Part shown: positions 1 to 9,930 of the stretch, piece by piece
Layout of the letters: the number at the start of each line of letters is the position of its first letter
Position numbering within the stretch: position 1 is the first letter of the stretch
Assembly (NCBI GenBank): GCA_965116175.1
Contig: OZ220490.1
Coordinates: 65,466-129,465, forward strand
From: Bdellovibrionales bacterium
Lineage (GTDB): Bacteria; Bdellovibrionota; Bdellovibrionia; Bdellovibrionales; UBA1609
Direction of reading: 5' to 3'
DNA: 64,000 bases
Made by a program: the position numbers and the translations under genes
The notes under the pieces: model-generated
What the model saw: the letters and a program-made list of their open reading frames with translations, nothing else
What the model was told of the DNA's origin: nothing
Databases searched by the model: none

Positions 1-522
1 ATAAATGTGGATGTGACTTGTATAAAAGATGGATTTTATGGAGACACTTCAAAAACCTTTTATGTAGGGGAAGTGTCTGAGGCAGCTAAAGCTCTCACAA
101 TTTGTGCTTTTGAATCCATGCATAAGGGAATCTCTGCTATTAAAGCTCACGGCAAAACAGGTGATATAGGTTTTGCTGTAGAAAAACATGCTACTAGGAA
201 AGGCTTTTTTCCTGTGAGAGAAATAGGAGGACATGGTATTGGCAGGAAATTTCATGATGATCCTTTTGTGCCTTCCTTTGGAAAAAAAGGCAGAGGGGAA
301 ACTCTGTATCCTTGGAGCTGTATCACTGTAGAGCCTATGTTAAATCAGAACTCTCCAGCTATTAAGGAATTTTCTATTCCTGACTCCAGTGTTAAATATT
401 ATCATACAGTGGATCGTTCACTGTCTGCTCAATTTGAACATACAGTTTTAATCACCGATGGTCAGGACGGAATTCATTATGAAATTCTTACGGAGTTAGA
501 AGATCACAAGTCTAAAAGTTAA
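1..522 (+). CDS. map: Methionine aminopeptidase type I, C-terminal part (5' end lies outside the window)
   Basis: The frame is open from base 1. Blocks DVTCIKDGFYGDTSKTFYVG, GGHGIGRKFHDDP, TVEPM and FEHTVLIT match the MetAP-I metal-ligand regions. Confidence 0.9.
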   Translation: MNVDVTCIKDGFYGDTSKTFYVGEVSEAAKALTICAFESMHKGISAIKAHGKTGDIGFAVEKHATRKGFFPVREIGGHGIGRKFHDDPFVPSFGKKGRGETLYPWSCITVEPMLNQNSPAIKEFSIPDSSVKYYHTVDRSLSAQFEHTVLITDGQDGIHYEILTELEDHKSKS

Positions 523-736
523 ATTTCTGGGAGCTGTATTTTTCTTGTTGTCTTTACTCAAAAAATAAGGTTTTTCCCCATCAAAATTCAGAGATGTGTG
601 TTTTGCCGCAGAGCGGGCTTTTAGTCGTCTAAAGTTCAAAGCTGTTTCAGTCTGTCCCCGGCAGGCTTTAATTTGAACAGATTTTGTCTTGAGAGATAAT
701 AGCAATCAGTGTAAAACATATAATACAGGATTAAAT

Positions 737-2083
737 ATGGCTATCGCAAAACTAAAATCAAATACTCTTGACTATCGTGTTTGTTCTTCTGCTATGGAAG
801 ATAAAAAACAATTTGAAAAATTAGCCCAATGGGGCCGAGAGGAAATATTCATTGCTGAAGGGGAAATGCCGGGGCTTATGGCCTTAAGGGAGGAGTATGG
901 ATCGCAAACTCCTTTAAAAGGGGCTAGAGTTACGGGCTGTCTTCACATGACTATACAGACAGCGGTTTTAATAGAAACACTAAAAATTTTAGGTGCAGAA
1001 GTTCGTTGGTCCTCCTGCAATATTTATTCCACTCAGGATCATGCGGCTGTAGCTATGGCTCAGGCCAATATTCCTGTTTTTGCCTGGAAAGGGGAGACAG
1101 AGGAGGAATACAACTGGTGTATTGAGCAGTCTGTTTATGGCTGGGGTGAGAAATCTTTTGACCTTATTATTGATGATGGTGGTGACCTTACAAATTTTAT
1201 GCATGAACCCAGTCAATCTCATTTGATGAAAAAGGTCATTGGTTTGTCTGAAGAAACCACAACAGGGGTTCAGTATTTGGAGAAACTGCATAAAGAGGGA
1301 AAACTCAAAGTGCCGGCTATAAATGTAAACGATTCAGTGACAAAATCAAAATTTGATAATCTTTATGGTTGTCGTGAGTCTTTAGCTGATGGTTTAAAAA
1401 GAGCTACGGATGTTATGATAGCGGGAAAAAATGTTCTTATAGCTGGATATGGGGATGTTGGAAAAGGCTGTGCTCAAAGCATGAAATCTTTTGGGGCCAG
1501 GGTTTTTATAACAGAGATTGATCCTATATGCGCTCTTCAGGCTAGAATGGAAGGATTTGAAGTTGTTTTAATAGAGGAAGTTGCCGATAAAATGGATATT
1601 TTTATTACAGCTACAGGCTGTAATAGAGTTATAAGAAAAGAGCATCTGGAGAAAATGAAGTCTGGAGCTATTGTCTGCAATATTGGGCATTTTGATATTG
1701 AAATTGATATGAAGTGGCTCAATCAAAAAACGAGGGCAAGACAGATTAAACCTCAAGTAAAAGTTCATCAATTTCCAGATGGAAAAGAAATCATTGTTTT
1801 GGCTGAAGGACGATTGGTGAATCTTGCCTGTGCCACAGGACACTCTTCTTTTGTGATGAGCACTTCTTTTACCAATCAGGTTTTAGCTCAAATAGAACTA
1901 TGGGAGAGCCATAAAAGTTATAATGTGGGCCTTTATAGACTTCCAAAAAATCTGGATGAAAAAGTTGCTCGTCTTCATTTGGGAAAAATGGGGGCAAAAC
2001 TCACAAAGCTCAGCGAAGAGCAGGCTAAATATTTAGGTGTTTCCTCAGAAGGGCCCTTTAAGCCTTTATATTATCGTTACTGA
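737..2083 (+). CDS. ahcY: S-adenosyl-L-homocysteine hydrolase (adenosylhomocysteinase)
   Basis: Contains [24 protein letters not shown], the NAD-binding motif [23 protein letters not shown] and [12 protein letters not shown]. The ORF opens at 689, but the ATG at 737 has an AGGA about 8 nt upstream and fits the usual N-terminus better. Confidence 0.93.
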   Translation: MAIAKLKSNTLDYRVCSSAMEDKKQFEKLAQWGREEIFIAEGEMPGLMALREEYGSQTPLKGARVTGCLHMTIQTAVLIETLKILGAEVRWSSCNIYSTQDHAAVAMAQANIPVFAWKGETEEEYNWCIEQSVYGWGEKSFDLIIDDGGDLTNFMHEPSQSHLMKKVIGLSEETTTGVQYLEKLHKEGKLKVPAINVNDSVTKSKFDNLYGCRESLADGLKRATDVMIAGKNVLIAGYGDVGKGCAQSMKSFGARVFITEIDPICALQARMEGFEVVLIEEVADKMDIFITATGCNRVIRKEHLEKMKSGAIVCNIGHFDIEIDMKWLNQKTRARQIKPQVKVHQFPDGKEIIVLAEGRLVNLACATGHSSFVMSTSFTNQVLAQIELWESHKSYNVGLYRLPKNLDEKVARLHLGKMGAKLTKLSEEQAKYLGVSSEGPFKPLYYRY

Positions 2084-2227
2084 AAATTATAAGATTCTCA
2101 TTTAAAGGTTGTAATTTTTTATGTCCAGTAAAAACAAGGTGGATGTTTATTTTTCAAGCGAGATTTAAGTAAGAATAGACGAAGAATAGATGAAATTAAA
2201 ACTTCAAACAAAATTAACATCATTTAA

Positions 2228-2818
2228 TCAAGGATATACCCTAGCTCTTTTAGACCATAAAGCAAATAAATAGTTCAGGAAAGACTCCCAGTCAGTTGTG
2301 TTGATGTCTTTAATTTGTTCTGAAATACAAGACGCTTTTAAATGGTTTGGACTGGAAAAAACATTTAAACCCAGACCAATAATCAGGGCTGTTTGAGGTC
2401 CTTGCTTGATGATTTCCAACAGAAGACCGGCGGTTTTTCTTTGGTTAAGATAAAGATCATTGGGAGACTTAACTGAGAGAATGAGCTGAGGCCATACTTT
2501 TTTCAAGGCTTTGGATAAATCAGAAGTAAATCCCAGGCAGCTTGAGAGTGTAATTTTTTTTAAATGATTTTCCCAAAGCAAAGAAATCATAAGATCACTG
2601 TCTTCCCATCTTCTATTTTCTCGTCCCTGGCCTTTTGTTTGATGCTCCACCAGAAAGACAGCAGGCTCATTTATATTTTTGAAAGCCTGATTTTTTGCCC
2701 AATCATTACTGCTTTCCACTGTTTCTGAAAAATAAAAGGGGATTTCTTTTTTTATCAGCCAATGCTTTGTCCAGTTAGAAATTGTGTTTTTCATAAAAAA
2801 ACCAAAGAGGAGAAGCAA
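2228..2818 (-). CDS. birA: Biotin--protein ligase (class I BirA-like, no HTH domain)
   Basis: HQTKGQGRENRRW matches the BirA GRGRxGRxW biotin-binding motif. The ~190 aa size fits class I ligases. The start is uncertain (TTG 2818 or ATG 2794). Confidence 0.7.
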   Translation of the reverse strand: MLLLFGFFMKNTISNWTKHWLIKKEIPFYFSETVESSNDWAKNQAFKNINEPAVFLVEHQTKGQGRENRRWEDSDLMISLLWENHLKKITLSSCLGFTSDLSKALKKVWPQLILSVKSPNDLYLNQRKTAGLLLEIIKQGPQTALIIGLGLNVFSSPNHLKASCISEQIKDINTTDWESFLNYLFALWSKRARVYP

Positions 2819-2833
2819 ATACCCAAAAACAAT

Positions 2834-3526
2834 TTATTTGAAACTCAATCGGTGTCCATTGGATTCTTCAAGAATTTTCATCTTTAAGCAGGGAAAGAAC
2901 CCTTGAAGGCACAGCGGCCAAACTGCATTTATATTGAAAGCAGTAAACTCTTCTAAATCAGAAGGCAGAAAATTCCCGTGCAGGTTAGTTGTAACAGAAG
3001 GGGGCAGAGATACCAGAGTCTTTTTTATTTCTGCTTTTGACATTTTCAAATTGCTTAAGGTAATTTGCTGATTTCCCTTTTTTAAAGCCTGAGTGATGTG
3101 CTCTGGCCTCCAGCAGATATTTTTTGAACATTTTTGTATATGGCAGCCTGCTTTTATAATGATTTTTTCTTCCCATTCAGAAAAATCAAATTTTGGCGTA
3201 GGGGCGGCCATAATGAAGAAGTCAAAATTTTTTTCCGCAAAGCAATGAAGCAAAGTATAAGCTCCAGAAAGATAACTCACAACAGATAAAAGATCTTCTC
3301 TTTTAAAGGCTCCGGTTTTTAAATTAAAACTCAAGCCTATTTGTCCTTTAAAAACACAATCTCCATCCTGAAGATAAGATGTAACAATGGAATCAGAAGC
3401 CTTGGATTTTAAAATATGCTGTAAAAATTCAGATCCAAAAAAAAGACCATCCTGCTCAGATTGAATAAGAAATTTTTGCTGTCCTTTTCCTAATGATCCA
3501 TCTGGAATCAAATTTAAAGGCTCCAT
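2834..3526 (-). CDS. Hypothetical protein with weak, degenerate NadC/ModD-like (type II phosphoribosyltransferase fold) resemblance
   Basis: DGDCVFKGQIGL...REDLLSVVSYLSGAYTLL resembles the NadC block DG..v..G..ER.aLN.l..lSGIAT. The catalytic RKT and HR positions are not conserved and the protein is about 50 aa shorter than NadC. Confidence 0.35.
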   Translation of the reverse strand: MEPLNLIPDGSLGKGQQKFLIQSEQDGLFFGSEFLQHILKSKASDSIVTSYLQDGDCVFKGQIGLSFNLKTGAFKREDLLSVVSYLSGAYTLLHCFAEKNFDFFIMAAPTPKFDFSEWEEKIIIKAGCHIQKCSKNICWRPEHITQALKKGNQQITLSNLKMSKAEIKKTLVSLPPSVTTNLHGNFLPSDLEEFTAFNINAVWPLCLQGFFPCLKMKILEESNGHRLSFK

Positions 3527-3529
3527 TAT

Positions 3530-4579
3530 TTAATCTCCAATAATTTGTTGAATCTTCTGTTCAACAATTTCTTTAATCAGTAGAGGGAGTTGTTTTTTGA
3601 CATATTGAATTATCTGCTTTTCTACAAGTTCTTTAAATGTTTGGCTTTCTTTAAAATCGTTAAGAGGCTGTTGTAAAAGATCTGTAATTTTATTGCCTTG
3701 AAGAATATTGGTCATAGCCTTTTTTGCATAGTCACTTAAGGTTTTTTCCATCAACTCCTGAAATTCAAGTGTATCTTTATATTTGTTAAGAATTCTTAAA
3801 ATATCTTTTTCACTGAGTTTAAAGTTCTGATCTTTAAAGTGATGTGTTTGGGAAATATCAGAAGATTTAATAGCCATGGGAGCAAGGTCATTTTGAGTGT
3901 TTTCATCTATATTTATATTTTCTTTTTCTATTTTTCTTGTAGAGGTTCCCTTATCTTTAAAAAGAGGCAAATCTATTTTTTCTTGTTTTCTCTCTTTTAA
4001 AGAGAGGCTGGTTTTTAAGGTCTCGTCAAGGCTAAGTTTCTGTATAACCTTATCCTGAAGAGCTTTTGTTTGTTTATTTTCTTCCTGAAGAGTTGTTTGG
4101 TTATCATGGGCTTTTGCTTTTATGGCTTCTTCTTGTGAAGAGAGCTCTTTTTTTAAGGTTTGGCTGGTTTCTTTTATTGTGGTTTCTTTGACTTTTGGAA
4201 ACTTTAAAAAGGGATGAACTTTTGATTCTTTAACTTTAGAAACCAGTTCTGTAGTTGTATCTCTAACTCTTTTCGGATCCATTGGCTTTTGTATTTTGTG
4301 GCTAATATCGGAGGATATTTGAGCGCTGTCTACTGCCCGGTAAAGCAAAACAACAGGAATTTGTTTTATTTCTTCCATCACAGAATAAACCACAGCTTTA
4401 TCTCCATTTTTGACATCCCAATCAACAAAAATAATGTCCGGCTGTTTGTTGGCAAAATGAGTTTTTCCCTCTTCAAAGCTGTTAAAGCGTTGGATTTCAG
4501 CAGCAAAATAATAAAGACAATGTGACAGCATTTTTTTTGTGATCTCGCTTTTGTCTATAAGAGCAGCATAGAGGCTCAT
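3530..4579 (-). CDS. Response-regulator receiver (CheY-like) domain protein with a long K/E-rich C-terminal region
   Basis: The N-terminal ~115 aa carry a REC-like pattern (ALIDKSE..., PDIIFVDWDVKNGD, IPVVLLY). The rest is charged, low-complexity or coiled. Confidence 0.55.
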   Translation of the reverse strand: MSLYAALIDKSEITKKMLSHCLYYFAAEIQRFNSFEEGKTHFANKQPDIIFVDWDVKNGDKAVVYSVMEEIKQIPVVLLYRAVDSAQISSDISHKIQKPMDPKRVRDTTTELVSKVKESKVHPFLKFPKVKETTIKETSQTLKKELSSQEEAIKAKAHDNQTTLQEENKQTKALQDKVIQKLSLDETLKTSLSLKERKQEKIDLPLFKDKGTSTRKIEKENINIDENTQNDLAPMAIKSSDISQTHHFKDQNFKLSEKDILRILNKYKDTLEFQELMEKTLSDYAKKAMTNILQGNKITDLLQQPLNDFKESQTFKELVEKQIIQYVKKQLPLLIKEIVEQKIQQIIGD

Positions 4580-4803
4580 TTTTCAACTCTCCTTGTTTTT
4601 CTTACCCAACTGATATATAGATTGACATTTTAAAAGGAATTTTGCAAGTTAGCCTTAATTGTATTGTGTTATTGTACTCCATTTTGCCCGGTATTTCCAC
4701 TGTATTGAACATATATTCAATTATGGAATCCAAATTTTAAATAGAAAAAGCATAAAAACACTAATGAAATTTGCGGACATAATTTTAAATTTTTAAATAA
4801 TTT

Positions 4804-5400
4804 ATGGCTTTATTGGATGTTTTAAAATTTCCGGATCCTCGTCTTCGTCATAAGGGCAAAACTGTTGATAAAATAACACCTGGGCTTAAGAAACTGGCCC
4901 AGGATATGCTGGAGACAATGTATAACAAGAATGGCGTGGGATTGGCGGCTATTCAGGTGGCTCGTTCTGTTTGTCTTTTAGTGGCGGATACCAGTTCGGA
5001 GTTATCAGAGGATAAATCAGAAAATAAAGAGGAAAACTCTCGTTATCAAACATCCTCTCTGAAGAAAAATTTAGTGGCTAAAATTAAACAGCCTCTTATT
5101 TTATTTAATCCAGAAATAGTAAAAAGAGAAGGCAGGGTTGTTTTTCCTGAAGGTTGTTTAAGCTTCCCCTCTTATTTTGTTGAGGTTAAAAGATCAGAAG
5201 TGGTGGAGGTTAAAGCCTTAAATGAAAATGGAGAGGAAACTTTTATCAAAACAGATGGTTTATTATCCGTTTGTCTTCAGCATGAAATTGATCATCTTGA
5301 TGGCCGGCTGTTTATTGATCATCTGAGTCCTATAAAGGCCAAACGGCTTCGGGAAGAAATCAAAAAAAACGGATACCCTGGAAACAAAACTGAGCCATAG
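4804..5400 (+). CDS. def: Peptide deformylase
   Basis: All three signature motifs are present: GVGLAAIQV, EGCLSFP and HEIDHLDG. An S/E/K-rich insertion of roughly 25-30 aa follows motif 1. Confidence 0.93.
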   Translation: MALLDVLKFPDPRLRHKGKTVDKITPGLKKLAQDMLETMYNKNGVGLAAIQVARSVCLLVADTSSELSEDKSENKEENSRYQTSSLKKNLVAKIKQPLILFNPEIVKREGRVVFPEGCLSFPSYFVEVKRSEVVEVKALNENGEETFIKTDGLLSVCLQHEIDHLDGRLFIDHLSPIKAKRLREEIKKNGYPGNKTEP

Positions 5401-5414
5401 CCGACAGGAGATAT

Positions 5415-6362
5415 GTGAAGGAATTTTCATTCATTTTTGCAGGGACTTCTGATTTTTCTCTGAAATGTTTAAAACTTTTAATGAAAATAGAGTCTTTATC
5501 TCTCAAAGGTGTTGTGACTCGTCCGGATACTGTAAAAGGCAGAGGTATGAAAACCCAAAGCTCTGATGTTAAATCCTTTGCTCAAGAATTGAATCTGCCC
5601 TGCTGGACTCCCAAAAAGTCAAATGATCCTGAATTTTTAAAGGCTATCATGCAGAAAAATTGTGAGTTTTCTTTTGTTTGCGCCTATGGACAAATTCTGC
5701 CTGTAAATTATCTTGAACTGTTTCCTAAAGGAAGTTTGAATTTACACCTCAGCCTTCTTCCCAAATGGAGGGGAGCGGCTCCTGTTCAAAGAGCTTTAAT
5801 GGCTGGCGATAAAAAGACCGGTATCTGTTTGCAGATTATGACAGAGGCTTTGGATGCCGGTGATATTATTGGACAAAGAAGTTTTGAAATTGAGGAGAAT
5901 GATAATGCTAGTGATATTTTTAATAAAGCTTTAATAAAGACAGAGTCTCTTTTGCGAAAAGAGCTTAAGATTTATCTTAAAGGGAGGCTTAAAGCCCAGC
6001 CTCAGGATCATTCCAAAAAAACTTACGCCAGAAAAATTGATAAAATAGAAGGAAAAATTTTGTGGGAAGAGTCAGCTCTTGATATTCATAATAAGGTGAG
6101 AGCTTTATTTTTAGGGCCTCAGGCTTTTACTTTTTTAAAAGGTCAGAGGGTGAAAGTCTATCAATCAAAAGTGTTGCAGAGGCATTTTTCTGATTATCTC
6201 CCAGGAGAGATTTGTCAGCTTGAAAAGGGACAGTTGACTGTTGCTTGTGGCCGGGGAGGCCTGGTATTGTTGGAGTTACAAAGAGAGGGGAAAAAAAGAC
6301 AAAAAATTAAAGATTTTTTAAGAGGGGCAGATTTACATTTAAAAGATTATTTTGGAAAGTGA
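5415..6362 (+). CDS. fmt: Methionyl-tRNA formyltransferase
   Basis: NLHLSLLPKWRGAAPVQRAL is the formyltransferase signature. GTG start with AGGAG 6 nt upstream. The gene sits directly after def, the classic def-fmt pair. Confidence 0.92.
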   Translation: MKEFSFIFAGTSDFSLKCLKLLMKIESLSLKGVVTRPDTVKGRGMKTQSSDVKSFAQELNLPCWTPKKSNDPEFLKAIMQKNCEFSFVCAYGQILPVNYLELFPKGSLNLHLSLLPKWRGAAPVQRALMAGDKKTGICLQIMTEALDAGDIIGQRSFEIEENDNASDIFNKALIKTESLLRKELKIYLKGRLKAQPQDHSKKTYARKIDKIEGKILWEESALDIHNKVRALFLGPQAFTFLKGQRVKVYQSKVLQRHFSDYLPGEICQLEKGQLTVACGRGGLVLLELQREGKKRQKIKDFLRGADLHLKDYFGK

Positions 6363-6570
6363 CATTTTATTTCAGATTTACTAAAGCTTGTCTCATAAGT
6401 ATAAGCATCATTTCAAAATTGGCTTTGAAGTCAGTTTAAGACTTTGTTTTCGTAATACTGATGAGGCATTTATGAGACAGTCTTTAACTAGAGAGATTTC
6501 ATCATAACAGAAATACAAAAGCTAAAATTTTTAAACAGAAAAGGGTATTTATCAATAAAGGTTAAAGAGA

Positions 6571-7221
6571 ATGGCTGTTTTAATTGCGCCCAGCTTACTT
6601 TCTAGTGATTTTTCCAAATTGGGGGAAGAGGTCAAAGCTTTGGAAAAAGCCGGGGCTGATTGGCTTCACTTTGATATTATGGACTCTCATTTTGTTTCCG
6701 ATCTTACTTTTGGGCCAGCTATTGTTCAGTCTTTGCGCCCCTTGAGTCCATTGTTTTTTGATACTCATCTTATGGTTTCTCACCCTGAAAGGTTTATAGA
6801 ACCTCTTGCCAGAGCTGGGTCCGACTGTATTAGCTTTCACTTTGAGGCTGTTTCCAATCCTCGGCCGCTATTAAAAAAAATTCAAAAACTTAATATTAAA
6901 GCTGGTCTTTCTATTAAGCCAGAAACCTCTGTGGAGGAGATTTTTTCTTTTTTGGAAAACCTGGATTTAATCTTGATTATGACAGTAGAGCCAGGAAAAG
7001 GCGGTCAAGCTTTTTTAAAAGATCAAGCGCAAAAGGTGGAACTTTTAAAACAGAAAATTTTCTCTTTTAAAAAACCCCCTCTTATTGCCGTTGATGGTGG
7101 AATCAATCCAGAAACAGCACAATTAGTTCAGAAAGCTGATGTTTTAATTTCTGGAAATTATATTTTTAAAAGTGATTCTTATTCTTCCAGTATCGCTAAG
7201 CTTAAAAATGCTCACTCATAA
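6571..7221 (+). CDS. rpe: Ribulose-phosphate 3-epimerase
   Basis: Contains IAPSLLSSDF, HFDIMDSHFV, DTHLMV, MTVEPGKGGQAF and VDGGIN. Confidence 0.92.
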   Translation: MAVLIAPSLLSSDFSKLGEEVKALEKAGADWLHFDIMDSHFVSDLTFGPAIVQSLRPLSPLFFDTHLMVSHPERFIEPLARAGSDCISFHFEAVSNPRPLLKKIQKLNIKAGLSIKPETSVEEIFSFLENLDLILIMTVEPGKGGQAFLKDQAQKVELLKQKIFSFKKPPLIAVDGGINPETAQLVQKADVLISGNYIFKSDSYSSSIAKLKNAHS

Positions 7222-7543
7222 TAAATTCCGCTCATCCTATTTAAGCCCAATTTGCTTTGTCTGGATTGGTTATGTATTTTTATATTAGAATAGAAATATC
7301 TGTTGAAAATAAAAGCGATGTAAAAGTTTAGATTTAAACAGGATGGCATAGAATCCAGACCAGAATTTGTATGAATGACAAAAGCCTTACCCCATTGAAT
7401 TTATAATTTTGTTTAATTCTTTCTTCCTGTTAGGACAAAAGTTGCAAAAAATACAAATTTTAAAAAAATGATTAAAAAATAATTTAAACTTAAAGAGGAA
7501 AAAATTAAAGAAAACATTTAAAAATTCCGTTTTTATATATGTT

Positions 7544-8920
7544 ATGTATCGTTATATTGTAAAGATTCTTTTAGCTTTAGCTCTTGCTGTTCTCATTTAT
7601 TCTCTGGGTGTGCCTGGGTGTTCCCCGACAGGTTTTATGAATGTGGAGACTGTCAGCTGTGAGGAGTTTTCCTCTGTTTTTCAGGTTGAGTCCTGTATGA
7701 AGGTGTCTGGAGAGACTGCGCCGGAAAAGGATAGGACTGAAGAAGAGCCAGAGGATGAAATCTCTAATGTTTTTGATAAAGATCCAAGAGATAAAGACTG
7801 GACTGAAAGATCTGACAAAGATTGGACTCCAAGAGAGAAAACTCCACTAAAAGATCTTCTTGAATTTGACTACACTATTTCTTTAGGCAAGGTTGATATC
7901 ATTTTTGTAATAGATAATTCCAGCTCAATGGCTATGGAGCATCGCAGTCTTGCTGATCAATTTGATAGCTTTTTAAGTGATCTCAAAAATGTGGATTATC
8001 ATATTGCTGTTATCACAACGGATATAAGCCGCTCTCCTGATAACCCTGTGAGAAATGCGATCTATCAGGATGGTAAGTTTCTTCCTATTGGAAGAAGAAT
8101 TTTTTTGAGAAATGAAAATATAGGCGGTAAACCCTCTTCTGATGTTAAAAGTGGTTTTCAAAGAGCTGTTGAAAGAAAAGAAACAATAGCTTGTGACGAT
8201 ACATCTGCTAAGCGTTCTTCTGGAGGAAGCAGAGCTGATGATTTTCATCGTCGGTTAAATCCTAGACGCTCCCTTCGATGCCCCAGCCATGATGAAAGAG
8301 GAACTTATGCCCTTAATGAAGCTCTGCGCAATCCAACGCATAGAGCCTTTTTTAGAGCAGATGCTCATCTCATTGTTGTTATTCTTAGTGATGAAGATAT
8401 TAGAAGTGGGGAAGAATACAGAAATCAGTATGGCAATGAAATATATGCTCTTGAGGATTTAGATAAGCCTGAGGTTTTAATTGAAAACTTATATAACCGA
8501 TTTCCTTTAAAGAGTGTCAGATTTTTCCCTATTATTATTGATCCCGGAGATGGCCATTGTTTTGATGAACAGTATGCTTCAAGAGCAGGAGGGGAAGGAT
8601 CAGGCCGAGGCTATTATGGAGTGGAATATGCCAGACTGGCGGAAGATCAAGGGCTTAGGCGCTATGGAAACCTTTTAGAAGGAAAAGTCATTTCTATTTG
8701 TGACAGAAATTATGGCTCTCAATTATCCAATATAGCTGTAGATGCCACTACAGCCAAAGTGCCTCTTCCCTGTGGAAATCCCTATAGTGTGGCTTTATAT
8801 ATAGATGGTGACAGAACCAGAATAGATTACAGCATTGAAGAAAGGACCTTGGTTATTGAACCGGGTGAAGTGAGATTAACAGCTGATCTTAGGTTAAAAG
8901 TAAGATGTGAGGCTGAATGA
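7544..8920 (+). CDS. Predicted lipoprotein with a von Willebrand factor type A (vWA)-like domain
   Basis: Signal peptide plus lipobox (LGVPGC). DIIFVIDNSSSM is a MIDAS DxSxS motif. The linker is acidic. Confidence 0.6.
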   Translation: MYRYIVKILLALALAVLIYSLGVPGCSPTGFMNVETVSCEEFSSVFQVESCMKVSGETAPEKDRTEEEPEDEISNVFDKDPRDKDWTERSDKDWTPREKTPLKDLLEFDYTISLGKVDIIFVIDNSSSMAMEHRSLADQFDSFLSDLKNVDYHIAVITTDISRSPDNPVRNAIYQDGKFLPIGRRIFLRNENIGGKPSSDVKSGFQRAVERKETIACDDTSAKRSSGGSRADDFHRRLNPRRSLRCPSHDERGTYALNEALRNPTHRAFFRADAHLIVVILSDEDIRSGEEYRNQYGNEIYALEDLDKPEVLIENLYNRFPLKSVRFFPIIIDPGDGHCFDEQYASRAGGEGSGRGYYGVEYARLAEDQGLRRYGNLLEGKVISICDRNYGSQLSNIAVDATTAKVPLPCGNPYSVALYIDGDRTRIDYSIEERTLVIEPGEVRLTADLRLKVRCEAE

Positions 8921-8932
8921 GTTTGTTTATTA

Positions 8933-9481
8933 TTAGCGGCATTCTTGAGAATCACAGATGACATAAATTTCCAGAATTTGATTTTGCATTTTATAGTTTT
9001 TTTCCAAAACAATTTTTTTCAAAGTATCTTCAATAGATTTGTTTTTAAATTCAACAATTTTATTGCATTTAACACAGCTGATATGATAGTGAAATTTGTT
9101 GGATTTTAATTCATAGCAGGAAGAGCCTGCCCCCATTGAAATTTCTGAAATCATATCTGCTTTTGTCAGTTTTTTTAAAAAACGATAGATAGTCGCAAAG
9201 CCAATAGAGGCATTACTGTTTTTTACCTCATCCAAAATATCTTGTGCTGTTTTATGATAACGGGGGCCGGAATTTAAAGCTTTTAGAATCGCCATCCTTT
9301 GAATTGTTATTTTTAAACCACATTTTCTTAGAATATTTTTTAGCTCATCTTCGCTGCGGCTTTTACGAGGCTCAATCAAAACATCCTGATGTTTACCAAA
9401 AGGCAGTTTTTTTGACTCTATATGTTTAGATACTGGTTCCATGTTTTTGAAGGATTTTAGATCAAAAACTAATGGAGTCAA
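8933..9481 (-). CDS. Fur-family metalloregulator (with ~40 aa N-terminal extension if the first start is used)
   Basis: LKITIQRMAILKAL is a winged-helix segment typical of Fur. Two CxxC-type pairs are present (CVKCNK, CDSQEC). A possible later start is MEPVSK. Confidence 0.75.
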   Translation of the reverse strand: MTPLVFDLKSFKNMEPVSKHIESKKLPFGKHQDVLIEPRKSRSEDELKNILRKCGLKITIQRMAILKALNSGPRYHKTAQDILDEVKNSNASIGFATIYRFLKKLTKADMISEISMGAGSSCYELKSNKFHYHISCVKCNKIVEFKNKSIEDTLKKIVLEKNYKMQNQILEIYVICDSQECR

Positions 9482-9579
9482 TAATAAAAATAATAATCAT
9501 TTTCATTTAGAATTGATTTTCAGGTCTTAAGTAGGTTTTTTTCCTTATTTTTTAGGGAGTTTGATACAATGCTTTATAT

Positions 9580-9930
9580 ATGAAAACAAAATTCAGAAAA
9601 GAAAAGGGTATTTATTTTATTGATGTTGAAGGCAACATGGATATTAAAGGAGCGGATCATTTAAAAGCTATCTGCTCTGATGAAAAATTAAAGCAAAAGA
9701 AATTTGTGTTTAATTTAAAGTCTCTTTTTTTTGTTGGGTCAAAAGGTATTGGTGTTTTTTTAGAAACTTTGGATTTTATCAATAAAAGCAACAGTTTAAA
9801 AATTTGTTGCGCCAGCTCAGAATTTGAAAAGGTGTTTCACAACGAGGGTTTGAATTCTGTTATTTTTCCCAGTGAAGAAGAAGCGATTATGTCATTTAGT
9901 CAAAATGAAGATCCGCCAAAATGTGATTAG
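9580..9930 (+). CDS. STAS-domain protein (anti-sigma-factor antagonist, SpoIIAA-like)
   Basis: The 116 aa size and the FVFNLKSLFFVGSKGIGVFLETL pattern fit the STAS fold. Confidence 0.55.
   Translation: MKTKFRKEKGIYFIDVEGNMDIKGADHLKAICSDEKLKQKKFVFNLKSLFFVGSKGIGVFLETLDFINKSNSLKICCASSEFEKVFHNEGLNSVIFPSEEEAIMSFSQNEDPPKCD

Noticed and set aside
523-736. Possible SAH riboswitch or other leader structure in the ~215-nt region upstream of ahcY.
   Set aside because: I looked for the conserved SAH-riboswitch blocks as I remember them (GAGGAGCGCUGC, CAGGCUCGG, CAACGGCGCUCAC) and found no convincing match, only short weak hairpins. A covariance-model scan (Rfam SAH_riboswitch, SAM-SAH) would be decisive.
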